DNA from: a virus
Reading direction: 5' to 3' (one strand)
IMG/VR virus record: IMGVR_UViG_3300006153_000061
DNA length: 35,850 nt
In this document: piece by piece, positions 1 to 8,959 of the stretch
Layout of the letters: each line of letters opens with the position of its first letter
How positions within the stretch are numbered: position 1 is the first letter of the stretch
Translations under genes and position numbers: made by a program
The notes under the pieces: model-generated
Told to the model about the DNA's origin: nothing
The model's input: the letters and a program-made list of their open reading frames with translations, nothing else
The model's database searches: none

Positions 1-566
1 ATGTTAAGGTTTTCTTCTCTCTTCTTTTCGTTGTTTTTATTTAAATCTCTTGCAGTTTCTGCATAGGCCTTTATCATTGTAAGTGGAGTTTTTAAGTCAT
101 GAGATACATTTGCTAATAAGTCTTTTCTTGTTTCATTTATTTTTGATAATTCTTCTCTAGTATGATTTTCTTCATATTCTAACTGTATAAACTTCTTAAG
201 CCATTCCAATATAAACTCGTCTTGATGACATTTCCTACAAAGAGGAACTACCAGTCCATTTTCTATGCTTCTTTTTCTATTTCTACCACCATAAACTTCA
301 TGCAAATCATCTTTAAAAACGTTCTTTATTCCTCTTTCTGCACATATGTAACAATGCTCTAAATCGTTTGTTATAATGCTAAATCTATTTCGTTCTATCT
401 TTGCTTGTTTCTTACTTTTCTTTCTTATAGGTTTCATTTCTTTGTATTTCAATTCTGAGCATTTTTTACAATCTGATAATGTTATTTTCTGTTTGTTAAA
501 TTTACAAAAGAAATATGATTCATATTTTTTAGTTCTTTGAGTTAGATATATACAATTAAATCTCAT
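1..566 (-). CDS. Partial ORF running off the left edge: phage HNH/zinc-finger protein fused in frame to a histidine kinase HisKA segment
   Basis: Manual translation from ATG at 566: MRFNCIYLTQRTKKYESYFFCKF...NDLEHCYICAERG...LHEVYGGRNRKRSIENGLVVPLCRKCHQDE...EENHTREELSKINETRKDLLANVSHDLKTPLTMIKAYAETARDLNKNNEKKREENLN; no stop to base 1. Not in the supplied ORF track. Confidence 0.75.
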   Translation of the reverse strand, partial: MRFNCIYLTQRTKKYESYFFCKFNKQKITLSDCKKCSELKYKEMKPIRKKSKKQAKIERNRFSIITNDLEHCYICAERGIKNVFKDDLHEVYGGRNRKRSIENGLVVPLCRKCHQDEFILEWLKKFIQLEYEENHTREELSKINETRKDLLANVSHDLKTPLTMIKAYAETARDLNKNNEKKREENLN

Positions 567-1020
567 ATCTAATCGCCTCTATTTTCTTTTTTAAGGCATT
601 TTGTTTGCTATCTATACTCTCATACGCTTTCTTAAATCTAAATAATCTAGATCCTAATTCCGCTAATTTCTTGCTATTATCTTTTACATATTCCTTTGCC
701 ATTGCTTCAAAATAACTCATTGCAGGAGGCTTGTCCCTTTGTGTTTCTTGCCATTGTTTACGTTGTACATATACTTGTTTATTCTCTGTTATTGATATAT
801 CAGTCTTTAATAAGTCGTATTCTTCTTGGATTCTTGCAATCATTTCTCCTAATAAGTAATTCATATTTGCATATATTTCTATGTTTTTTGCTATCTGAAA
901 TCCTGTATCTGCATTTTCTATTAGTTCTTTTTGTAAATTGCTATATGTATTAGCTATCTCTTTGCTATCTGCATCTTGAATTGTAAAAGGATTAAACATA
1001 TATAGTTTTTCAAATTCCAT
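556..1020 (-). CDS. Phage early protein, unknown function
   Basis: 154 aa ORF in the early operon, overlapping the next ORF. Confidence 0.7.
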   Translation of the reverse strand: MEFEKLYMFNPFTIQDADSKEIANTYSNLQKELIENADTGFQIAKNIEIYANMNYLLGEMIARIQEEYDLLKTDISITENKQVYVQRKQWQETQRDKPPAMSYFEAMAKEYVKDNSKKLAELGSRLFRFKKAYESIDSKQNALKKKIEAIRYEI

Positions 1021-1024
1021 GTTA

Positions 1025-1660
1025 TTACCTTTCTATATGTTCGTGCATAAACACATATTCTGAATTTTCTCCCATATTATTTAATAAAAACTCACTTGCT
1101 TGTTGTTTGCTTAAATGGTTTTCTCTTGCCCTGTGTTCATATACAAATCTACATTCTTGTTGTTTTTGTTTTATTCGTTCTTCTATTTCGTCTTCATCGT
1201 AATTTGCTTCTATTAGATATAAATCGTAATTTTTAGCGCTTATACCTTCTAACGTCTTAGTGTCTGTTGCATATATAATTTTATAATTGTCAAACAATAC
1301 TCTGTATCCACATTGAAGTACATCATGATATAATTTTATAGGCATAATTTTAAAAAGCTTATAATCGTATTTCGTGCCAATTTGAAGTATATCTATATTA
1401 CTTTTTGACACTCCACAATCTAATAGAGGTTGTAATAACCATTCACAACAAGCAAATCTCAAAGTCGGTCTTTCTTTCGCCAACCTTCTTATTGTTTCTT
1501 TTTTGAAATGGTCTAAATGAATATGTGTTAATAGCACTAGTTTTAATTTTTTATAATCTTTTTCTAATTTCTTAAACGTAACTCCACAATCAATTAAAAT
1601 AATGTCTTTGATTATTGTTCCATTTCCTGTGCTGCAGCTTGATATAATTTTATAGTTCAT
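1025..1660 (-). CDS. MBL-fold metallo-hydrolase
   Basis: VLLTHIHLDHFKKE (HxHxDH motif) and overall MBL pattern. Confidence 0.85.
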   Translation of the reverse strand: MNYKIISSCSTGNGTIIKDIILIDCGVTFKKLEKDYKKLKLVLLTHIHLDHFKKETIRRLAKERPTLRFACCEWLLQPLLDCGVSKSNIDILQIGTKYDYKLFKIMPIKLYHDVLQCGYRVLFDNYKIIYATDTKTLEGISAKNYDLYLIEANYDEDEIEERIKQKQQECRFVYEHRARENHLSKQQASEFLLNNMGENSEYVFMHEHIER

Positions 1661-2333
1661 TCATAGTCACTTCTTTTGTTTCTTCTGTTTGTTCCTCTAT
1701 GTCTGCTTGTACTTCAATAACATCTTGCTGTGGGATTTCTTCTTGTTGCATTTCTTCAGCTTCATACATTCCTGCCAAATCTTCGACAAATGTTTCTCTT
1801 AAAGCTCTTACCTTTGCAACTTTTTCTACCATAGTTGCCCCTTTACTACTCCAATTAGAGTTTAATTGTCCTTCTGATTTCTTTTGTGCTACTTCATTGA
1901 AGCTTACACTTGAATATGTAGGGTGCGACCAGTCTTTTCTATATACTTTAGCCCAACCGCCTACTAATTGTTCTTCTCCTAATCTAAATGTTCCTTTTCT
2001 TTCTTCTACTGTTCCATCTTCTTTTTTTACGATTATTCCGCTTTCCATACCATCATAGTTTGGATTTAATACAGCTCTTTTCAAAATAGCATCTTTTCCT
2101 ACTACTAATTGTGCAGGAGTTCCTGCTTTATATTTAATCAAATAAGCTTCTCTTAAGAATGGATTTAGTTTTCTTACTTTACATAGCTCTGTAAATAGCT
2201 TAAATTCCTGGTTTGTTATTTTTGCATCTGTACCTACTATATATTCTTGAACTATGCTTGGTGTTAATTTTATTTCATTTCCGTCTATGTCAAATTTGAC
2301 CATTAGCTCTTGCTTTTCATTACTCATAATCAT
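1650..2333 (-). CDS. bet: Phage recombination protein Bet/RecT-like single-strand annealing protein
   Basis: NPFLREAYLIKYKAG..QLVVGKDAILKRAVLNPNYDGMESGIIV...LVGGWAKVYRKDW typical of Bet family. Confidence 0.85.
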   Translation of the reverse strand: MIMSNEKQELMVKFDIDGNEIKLTPSIVQEYIVGTDAKITNQEFKLFTELCKVRKLNPFLREAYLIKYKAGTPAQLVVGKDAILKRAVLNPNYDGMESGIIVKKEDGTVEERKGTFRLGEEQLVGGWAKVYRKDWSHPTYSSVSFNEVAQKKSEGQLNSNWSSKGATMVEKVAKVRALRETFVEDLAGMYEAEEMQQEEIPQQDVIEVQADIEEQTEETKEVTMNEL

Positions 2334-3156
2334 AACCTCCGTTTTCTAAAAAATCTTTTAATTCTCTTAGCTTTGTTCTAGTTCCTTTTACTGTAAATTT
2401 AAGTGTTAATATTTCTTCTTTTTCTTCTTTTGGTTGTTCTAAAGGTTTACTAAATACATCTTCTAGTTCTTCGTGGGTTCTCTTGCTTATTTCATGATTT
2501 TGGTTCATTTCTATATGTACTACTTTTTCTTCCTGCTTTTTCTTTTCTTCTTCAATAGCTTTAAATCTATTTGTTACTGTTGTTATAGCTTGACTTACAT
2601 TTAAACTTTGTTTATATTCAACTAATATTTCTGCTTTATGCTCCTGTGTTTCTATTAAGTTTAAATCGTCTACTAGCTTGTCCACAAAAGCTGTTATCTG
2701 CTTCTTTAATTTCGTTGGATTATCACTTGCTCCAATCTTTAATCCTATCTTTTCAAATGTTACAAAATCAATTTTTTTGCTTTCTATGTATTCTGTAAAA
2801 TATGCTCTTGCTTCTTCTTCTAGTTTCTTTTTTTGTTCTATTTCTATTGAATCTATTTTCTCTTTTAAAGCTTTATCCGCTGATTTATATTTTTCTGACA
2901 CACATTCCTTATAGACTGTTTCAAATTTATTGTAAGGTGCTAGCACTTTTTCTTTTACGTCTTTTCTTTGTGTTTCTAATTCCTCAAATTCTTTATTTAA
3001 TGAAGTTCTTATTTGTTTTATTACTTGTTTGTTTTCTTCTGTACAAACTAAACTTTTTGCATTTTCTACTTTTTTGTCTATTTCTTCGCTCAATGCCTTT
3101 AATTGCTCTTCTATAACTGGCAATTGTTTTACTACAATTAACTCTTGATTACTCAT
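2320..3156 (-). CDS. DUF1351-like phage protein
   Basis: Coiled-coil protein next to Bet, ending LTFTVKGTRTKLRELKDFLENGGYDYE. Confidence 0.7.
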   Translation of the reverse strand: MSNQELIVVKQLPVIEEQLKALSEEIDKKVENAKSLVCTEENKQVIKQIRTSLNKEFEELETQRKDVKEKVLAPYNKFETVYKECVSEKYKSADKALKEKIDSIEIEQKKKLEEEARAYFTEYIESKKIDFVTFEKIGLKIGASDNPTKLKKQITAFVDKLVDDLNLIETQEHKAEILVEYKQSLNVSQAITTVTNRFKAIEEEKKKQEEKVVHIEMNQNHEISKRTHEELEDVFSKPLEQPKEEKEEILTLKFTVKGTRTKLRELKDFLENGGYDYE

Positions 3157-3166
3157 CTTCTTCCTC

Positions 3167-4042
3167 CTAAAAAATTTTATTTATTATTTCAAATAAATAA
3201 GTGTTGTCTATCTTAAAATTATTATCTTCCTCTTGTTTTTTTGCTATTGCATTTATTGCTTGACTGAAATATAAACTATCTACTCCTGTTAGTTGGTCTT
3301 TAAATACGTTTAAATCTTTTAAATCTAATTCATTTAGCTGTAATGCCATTTTTAGATATTGTCCTGCGTTTATCGTATATCCTCTACTTAAAAATTTTCT
3401 AGTTCTAATTATGCTGCATAAAGGGTATTTACTTCCCACATATATTAATTCTTTATTTATGATTGCTTCTAATGCTTTTGATGGTAAATTTACTTTATTG
3501 TTTTTATAATCATAACTACATGTACAATGTACAAAATCATAGTTTTCATGTATTTCATTTACATCTCCATAAAATCTAATTACAATTTGAATACTATCTG
3601 ACAATGAAATTGCGTTTGTTGAAAAATATCTTGGCCTATATTTAGGTTTTTCTTGTTTTTGTTCTTCCTCTGTTTCTTCTGTAAATGGTTCTGTTTCTAA
3701 ATTTGAACTATCTTCTATTTCATCGTCTTCTATAACTGCTCCTTCACTTTGAATAAAACATTGTATTCTTTCTGATTCTTCTTTAATTTCTACTAAACTT
3801 CTATCTTGATGTGCTTCATTCCATTTTTCTGCATAATATTGGGCTATTTTCAAAGCTGATTCCTTATCTTTAAAGTAGATATCATAGTCGTTTGGCTTTT
3901 CTCCGTTTAGTAAACTAACTAATGCTCCTCCTGTAATGATTGCATTTTCTTTTATTATTTTTACAACCTCTGCGTTGTCTATATTTTTACACCAATCATC
4001 TAATTTAGCTTTTAATGCTTTCGCTATATTTTTACTATTCAT
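3167..4042 (-). CDS. Nucleotidyltransferase-like phage protein
   Basis: AIITGGALVSLLNGEKPNDYDIYF resembles a pol-beta type GG..DxD motif. Confidence 0.55.
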   Translation of the reverse strand: MNSKNIAKALKAKLDDWCKNIDNAEVVKIIKENAIITGGALVSLLNGEKPNDYDIYFKDKESALKIAQYYAEKWNEAHQDRSLVEIKEESERIQCFIQSEGAVIEDDEIEDSSNLETEPFTEETEEEQKQEKPKYRPRYFSTNAISLSDSIQIVIRFYGDVNEIHENYDFVHCTCSYDYKNNKVNLPSKALEAIINKELIYVGSKYPLCSIIRTRKFLSRGYTINAGQYLKMALQLNELDLKDLNVFKDQLTGVDSLYFSQAINAIAKKQEEDNNFKIDNTYLFEIINKIF

Positions 4043-4099
4043 TTTTATTTCCTCCTTATTGACTTTTTCTTGTTTTCTGCTATAATTAAGTTAGATTTA

Positions 4100-4501
4100 T
4101 TAACTAATTGAGTTATTGTTTGTGCTAAACAATAGCTCTTTTATTTTTGTTCTTACTTCTTTGTCTTCTCTTTTGCCTGTAACTAAATTCTCTGTTATCA
4201 TTCTGAATGTTCTTAGTTTTGCATTTTCTTCTTCAATTACCCAAAACTTATTTTTTATTTCGTCTACTTTTTTATTACAGTCTTTTTGAATTTCATCTAT
4301 TGTATGAAATCTGTATAGTATTAAAGCTAGTAAAAACATCATTATTGCACACATAATCATTATGAAATACCACATCTTACTTTCCCTCCTTTCTTTTGTT
4401 TTTTCTATATGTTTGCCAATAGTCACTAAAGTTTGTCCTGTATTTTTTAGGTATACCTTTGTTATGTTTTCTCCATTCTTTCTTTTGTAAATTTCTTTCA
4501 A
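4100..4501 (-). CDS. Hypothetical protein with one TM helix and coiled coil
   Basis: MWYFIMIMCAIMMFLLALILYRF followed by coiled coil. Confidence 0.55.
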   Translation of the reverse strand: MKEIYKRKNGENITKVYLKNTGQTLVTIGKHIEKTKERRESKMWYFIMIMCAIMMFLLALILYRFHTIDEIQKDCNKKVDEIKNKFWVIEEENAKLRTFRMITENLVTGKREDKEVRTKIKELLFSTNNNSIS

Positions 4502-4768
4502 CTACTCTTAACATACACTTTTCCTCCTTTCTTATTTTGCAAATGCATATACAAACATTCCACCATATACAAATACAAATGTTATAGTATATAGTATGTT
4601 TTCTAGTTTTTCTTTTGTTAGTTTTTTCATTTGTTTTTATCCTCCTTTAGTTTTACTTTCGGTATTATTTTTACTCCGAATTTGTTTTCGAGAATTTTCA
4701 TCATAACTGCATTTACTTTTTCGTAGTCCACATATAATCACTTCCTTTCATTTGTACTGTGTCGCATT

Positions 4769-4891
4769 TTATAAATTCCATAAAGTTTGTACTATAATTG
4801 CGTTAATTGTAAGTCCTTTTTGTTTCGATATTTGCTCTAACTTCTCTTTTAATTTAATCGGTACTCTAATTTGCATTGGCACTTTTTCCAT
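4769..4891 (-). CDS. Small ribbon-helix-helix-like DNA-binding protein (40 aa)
   Basis: MEKVPMQIRVPIKLKEKLEQISKQKGLTINAIIVQTLWNL*; below the ORF-track cutoff. Confidence 0.6.
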   Translation of the reverse strand: MEKVPMQIRVPIKLKEKLEQISKQKGLTINAIIVQTLWNL

Positions 4892-4966
4892 TTTGCACCT
4901 CCTCTCATTTTGATACCATTTTAATACTAAAGTTTTTATTTGTCAATACATTTTTACAAATAATTT

Positions 4967-5309
4967 GTTGCATTTTGCAACTAGCTTTGCAAAAAAATAT
5001 CCCTAAACTCTAAATCATTTATCGATAATAATTCTGCACACATATTTGCTTCTTCTAATGTCATTTTCTTTTTATTTAATACCTTTTGCCCTAATGTGTA
5101 CCCTGTAAGCTTAACTTTAGGTGCTAAGCTTTGGTATGTATATCCTTTTTCAATCATTTTACTTTTAAATTTTTTTGTATTTATCATTTTATCACCTCCG
5201 TTGCATTTTGCAACTTTAATATATAATATACATTTTGATTTGTCAATAGCATTTTGCAACTTTTTTAATATTTTTTATAAAATCTCTTGTAAAAGTTGCA
5301 AAATGTGTT
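4967..5309. promoter_or_regulatory. Probable CI/Cro operator set: GTTGCA-TTT-TGCAAC palindromes
   Basis: Perfect copies at 4967-4981 and 5200-5214; degenerate or half copies near 5246-5260 and 5295-5309, the last next to TATAAT upstream of CI. Confidence 0.65.
4981..5187 (-). CDS. Cro-like HTH regulator
   Basis: MINTKKFKSKMIEKGYTYQSLAPKVKLTGYTLGQKVLNKKKMTLEEANMCAELLSI; strong SD (GGAGGTGATAAAATG) at internal start 5187; divergent from the CI-like gene. Confidence 0.7.
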   Translation of the reverse strand: MINTKKFKSKMIEKGYTYQSLAPKVKLTGYTLGQKVLNKKKMTLEEANMCAELLSINDLEFRDIFLQS

Positions 5310-5334
5310 ATAATTAAATCGTAAGGAGTTATTT

Positions 5335-5993
5335 ATGAAAGAAAATATATATACATTAATTGGCAAAAGACTTAAAGAGGCTCGTGAAGAAAACGCCAAA
5401 ACCTTGGAAGATGTTGGCAACAGACTAGATAAACATAAAAGCACTATTCAGAGATGGGAAAATGGAAAAACAGAAAGAATTAGTACTTCTGCAATAGAAG
5501 TCTTAGCCGACTTCTACAATGTAAACCCTGCATGGCTATCAGGAAAAGATGTAAATAAATATGATAAAAAAATAAAAAAAGATAAGTTGGGACAAGAAGT
5601 CGTATCTATACCTCTTATTCGGCATAGTAAAAGCAGGATATAACTATTTAGCTCAAGAAAACTGGATAGGCTCTATAGATATAAGTAAAAAACTTGCAGA
5701 TAGTGGCAATTTCTTTGCATTGAAAATTAAACGGTGACAGTATGTCTCCCATATTAATAGAAGATGATATAGTAATTATTAAAAAACAAGAAGACTTTGA
5801 AAATGGCGATATTGTTGTTGCTATTATAAATGGAGATGAGGCGACAATTAAAAAGGGAAAAAAGACAGATAATAGCATACTCCTACAACCATTTAATACT
5901 AATTATGAGCCTTTAATTTTTACTAATGAAGAAATGAAATCTATACCAGTAACAATTATTGGAATTGTAAAAGAATTAAAAAGAAAGTTTTAA
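5335..5993 (+). CDS. CI/LexA-like phage repressor (HTH + S24 peptidase); intact only with +1 shifts at CGG 5620 and CGG 5732
   Basis: MKENIYTLIGKRLKEAREENAKTLEDV...VVSIPLI[G]IVKAGYNYLAQENWIGSIDISKKLADSGNFFALKIK[G]DSMSPILIEDDIVIIKKQ...ELKRKF*. Both bracketed Gly are conserved family positions. Confidence 0.9.
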
Positions 5994-6144
5994 TATAATA
6001 AAAAGAGAATTATGTTCTATATTTGCGACACAGTACATAATTCTCACTTACAAAAAAGTCCTTGAAAATAAGGTCTTCTTATGTTGTTATTATAACATAT
6101 TTAAAAACCTTTTTTCAAGTATAAAAAAGAAAGAAGGTATTTTT

Positions 6145-7515
6145 ATGAAATATGTAGCTTGTTATTGCCGTGTAAGTACAGAAGAACAGGCGAAATTTGG
6201 TTTTTCTATTCAAGCTCAAAAGGATTCTTTAGAAAAATATTGCAAGGAAAATGGATATAGATATGAATTTTATATAGATGAAGGAATTTCTGCTTCTTCT
6301 ATGAAAAAGAGAAAAGCTTTAAACGAAATGTTAAACAAAGTTAGTATATTTGATATGATTATATTTACGAAGCTTGATAGACTTTCAAGGAATGTACTAG
6401 ACGCTAATAATATCAATAAAATTTTAAATGATAACAACTGTACTATGAAAGCTATCGATGAAGAAGATATCGATACCTCTACCGCAGATGGTACATTTAT
6501 ATTTAATCTAAAAGTTTCTCTTGCCCAAAGAGAAATTGGCAAAACTTCTGAAAGAATTAATTTTGTCTTTAAAAACAAACGTGAAAAAGGCGAGGTTACA
6601 TCAGGAACAAAAAAATATGGATATGACATAGTTAATAGAAAATTTAAAATAAATCACTTAGAAGCTGAAAATATTGTTAATTTATATAATTATTTTATAA
6701 GTGTCAATGGGAATATAAAAGAAACCTATGAATATTTTATACAACACTTTAATGGAAAAGGACAAGATGCTTTATATAAATATCTCAGAGATACTTCTTA
6801 TATTGGTAAATACAAATTATATAGAAAAGATATATATTTAGAAGATTATATCCCACGAATAATGGAAGATACTCTTTTTTATTCTGTTCAAAATCTTCTA
6901 AAAAAGAAAGAAAAATTTCAGAAAAGAACTCAAGAAATTTCTATCTTTTCTGGCTTAGTTTATTGCGGTATATGCCAATGTCGCATGTGTAAAAAGCAAG
7001 ACAATAGATGTAGAATCAGACTAATAAGATACTGCTGTGATAATGCTTCAAGAAAAAAGCCTGGAAGCTTAGAAAATAAGTGCGAAAATCATAAACTTAT
7101 AAGAGAAGACTATATTGAAAATTACTTGATAAACAACCTGAAAGACTTGTCTCAAAAATATATTAATAAAAATTTGATAATTAATACTTCTAAAAAAATA
7201 GACAATTCTTCAAAAATAAAAGAAATAGAAAAGAAATTGAATAAATTAAAAGACTTGTATATAGACGATTTAATTGATAAAGAAACTTATAAACAAGATT
7301 ATAAAAAATTCTCTGAAACTTTATACGAATTAAAAAAAGTTAATCCTTCAAATCAAAATAAAAAAGATACTACAAAATTACAAAAACTTCTTAATATAAA
7401 TTTAGACAAAATTTACACTTCATTAACTATTGAAGAAAAAAGAACGTTTTGGGTTAATATTATAGACAAAATTATTGTAGAAGACAATATGATAAAAGAG
7501 GTTACATTCCTGTAA
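6145..7515 (+). CDS. Large serine recombinase/integrase
   Basis: MKYVACYCRVSTEEQAKFGFSIQAQKD...FTKLDRLSRN...; zinc-ribbon/coiled-coil C terminus. Confidence 0.95.
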   Translation: MKYVACYCRVSTEEQAKFGFSIQAQKDSLEKYCKENGYRYEFYIDEGISASSMKKRKALNEMLNKVSIFDMIIFTKLDRLSRNVLDANNINKILNDNNCTMKAIDEEDIDTSTADGTFIFNLKVSLAQREIGKTSERINFVFKNKREKGEVTSGTKKYGYDIVNRKFKINHLEAENIVNLYNYFISVNGNIKETYEYFIQHFNGKGQDALYKYLRDTSYIGKYKLYRKDIYLEDYIPRIMEDTLFYSVQNLLKKKEKFQKRTQEISIFSGLVYCGICQCRMCKKQDNRCRIRLIRYCCDNASRKKPGSLENKCENHKLIREDYIENYLINNLKDLSQKYINKNLIINTSKKIDNSSKIKEIEKKLNKLKDLYIDDLIDKETYKQDYKKFSETLYELKKVNPSNQNKKDTTKLQKLLNINLDKIYTSLTIEEKRTFWVNIIDKIIVEDNMIKEVTFL

Positions 7516-7747
7516 CCTCAAATGTTTTACTATTCGTTCGTTTCAACAGGTGCGTCTACTGGGCAACAGTATTTTACGAACAACTCATTTTAACATAGTA
7601 TTTATTATGATTATTCTTGTAGTATTGCATATTTTTGAAAATGTTTTTCTAAATATCTTTAGTATAATTCTTTCTTTCCAATTTAACTCTTCTTTTAATT
7701 CTTTTAAAACTAAATCCTCCATACAACTACTCCTTTTATTGCTACAT

Positions 7748-7939
7748 TTACTCTACTTCATATAATTCACTTTCGTGTACTTCAAGAGCCGATGCTATTT
7801 TAACCAACACCGATAGCGTTGGCTCTTTTATTCCTCTTTCGATATAGTTAAGATGACTTTTAGATATACCTGTCTTTTCTGATAATTCTAATAAAGTCAT
7901 ATTCTTATTTTCTCTTATTTCTTTAATTTTAATTTTCAT
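7748..7939 (-). CDS. XRE-family HTH regulator
   Basis: MKIKIKEIRENKNMTLLELSEKTGISKSHLNYIERGIKEPTLSVLVKIASAL. Confidence 0.9.
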   Translation of the reverse strand: MKIKIKEIRENKNMTLLELSEKTGISKSHLNYIERGIKEPTLSVLVKIASALEVHESELYEVE

Positions 7940-8033
7940 ATTATCTTTAGTATTGCCTATGTATTAATTTTAATACATATCCTGTTCACTATGGTGGAAA
8001 AGTAAAAAAGTCAAAAAAAGATTACTTTTCGAA

Positions 8034-8072
8034 TATAAAAAAGACCGAACTAGACTTTACTCCTAGCTCGGT
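8034..8072 (-). terminator. Intrinsic terminator, minus strand
   Basis: ACCGAGCUAG/CUAGUUCGGU stem followed by a U-run on the minus RNA. Confidence 0.7.
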
Positions 8073-8139
8073 TTAAGTTCAATCGAACTTATATATCTAA
8101 CTTTTAATATTATAACATGAATTTGATATTATGTCAAAC

Positions 8140-8347
8140 TTATTTGTTATAAATATCTTCTATAATGTCTATCATTGCCTCTTTCGGCATATTTGGCATA
8201 CACGCATGAATATATTTAACAAGTTCTTTGTATGCTAATATAAAGCGTAATCCATCTCCGTTTTTCACTTATTAACGACTTATCTGATACTTTAACATCT
8301 AAATAATTGTTTCGTCTTTTTCCTTCGATTTCTATTTTAAATTCCAT
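8140..8347 (-). CDS. Small hypothetical phage protein (68 aa) with +1 shift at CGG 8258-8260
   Basis: MEFKIEIEGKRRNNYLDVKVSDKSLISEK[G]DGLRFILAYKELVKYIHACMPNMPKEAMIDIIEDIYNK*. Confidence 0.65.
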
Positions 8348-8389
8348 GTATTAATTATATGCAATTTCTATAAAAATATGACAACAAAA

Positions 8390-8433
8390 AAAGAGCTAGT
8401 ACTGAAACGTTTAATTTCATATACTAGCTCTTT
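8390..8433. terminator. Bidirectional terminator candidate
   Basis: 12-bp perfect arms AAAGAGCTAGTA/TACTAGCTCTTT flanked by A/T tracts. Confidence 0.7.
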
Positions 8434-8540
8434 ATTATTTGGTTTTCCACATTGTTTTTTGTTTTTTCCACATTTTTATATTGACATTATATTACATTCT
8501 TTGATAAAATATGTTTAGTTGTTTAACTCCTTCATTATTA

Positions 8541-8612
8541 GGGTGCATAAATTAGTGGTTTGTACTAATTTAGCACGGACTACTAATATAATGCACCCGC
8601 TTTCAGCAGGTG
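8541..8612 (+). promoter_or_regulatory. Structured leader upstream of the 8642 ORF
   Basis: GGGTGCAT/ATGCACCC outer stem, AAATTAGT/ACTAATTT inner hairpin, and an overlapping alternative CACCCGCT/AGCAGGTG stem. Confidence 0.4.
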
Positions 8613-8641
8613 TAAAACTTAAGAGAAGGAGGGCTTTGCCT

Positions 8642-8791
8642 ATGGAAAAATACATAGGAATCGGTTTTATACTTCTTTGTGCAACACCACTGATTACTAT
8701 AATTTGCGTCTTCGGATACAAAGTAGTTTTTAGTAAAGAAAAAATTGAAGTTACCCCACAAAAGGATAACTCCAACCGATTGAACAACTAA
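8642..8791 (+). CDS. Small membrane protein
   Basis: MEKYIGIGFILLCATPLITIICVFGYKVVFSKEKIEVTPQKDNSNRLNN*, GAGAAGGAGGG SD region upstream. Confidence 0.6.
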   Translation: MEKYIGIGFILLCATPLITIICVFGYKVVFSKEKIEVTPQKDNSNRLNN

Positions 8792-8792
8792 C

Positions 8793-8820
8793 AGATAAGG
8801 GCTTCGGCTCTTATCTTTTT
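8793..8820 (+). terminator. Terminator with UUCG tetraloop
   Basis: AGATAAGGGC-TTCG-GCTCTTATCT-TTTT. Confidence 0.85.
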
Positions 8821-8959
8821 TAAGAATAAAGCAATACGAAAGATTTATTATTATTCTTAATATATTATATTAATATCACAAACGTATTTTCAAGTCAATA
8901 GTTTTATCTAATATTATATATAATAATTAATATTATTATAACATTTAAGAGTATTTATG

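Noticed and set aside
8515-8787. Minus-strand ORF antisense to the 8642 gene
   Set aside because: The plus-strand gene has SD and terminator; the antisense ORF spans the leader structure and looks incidental.
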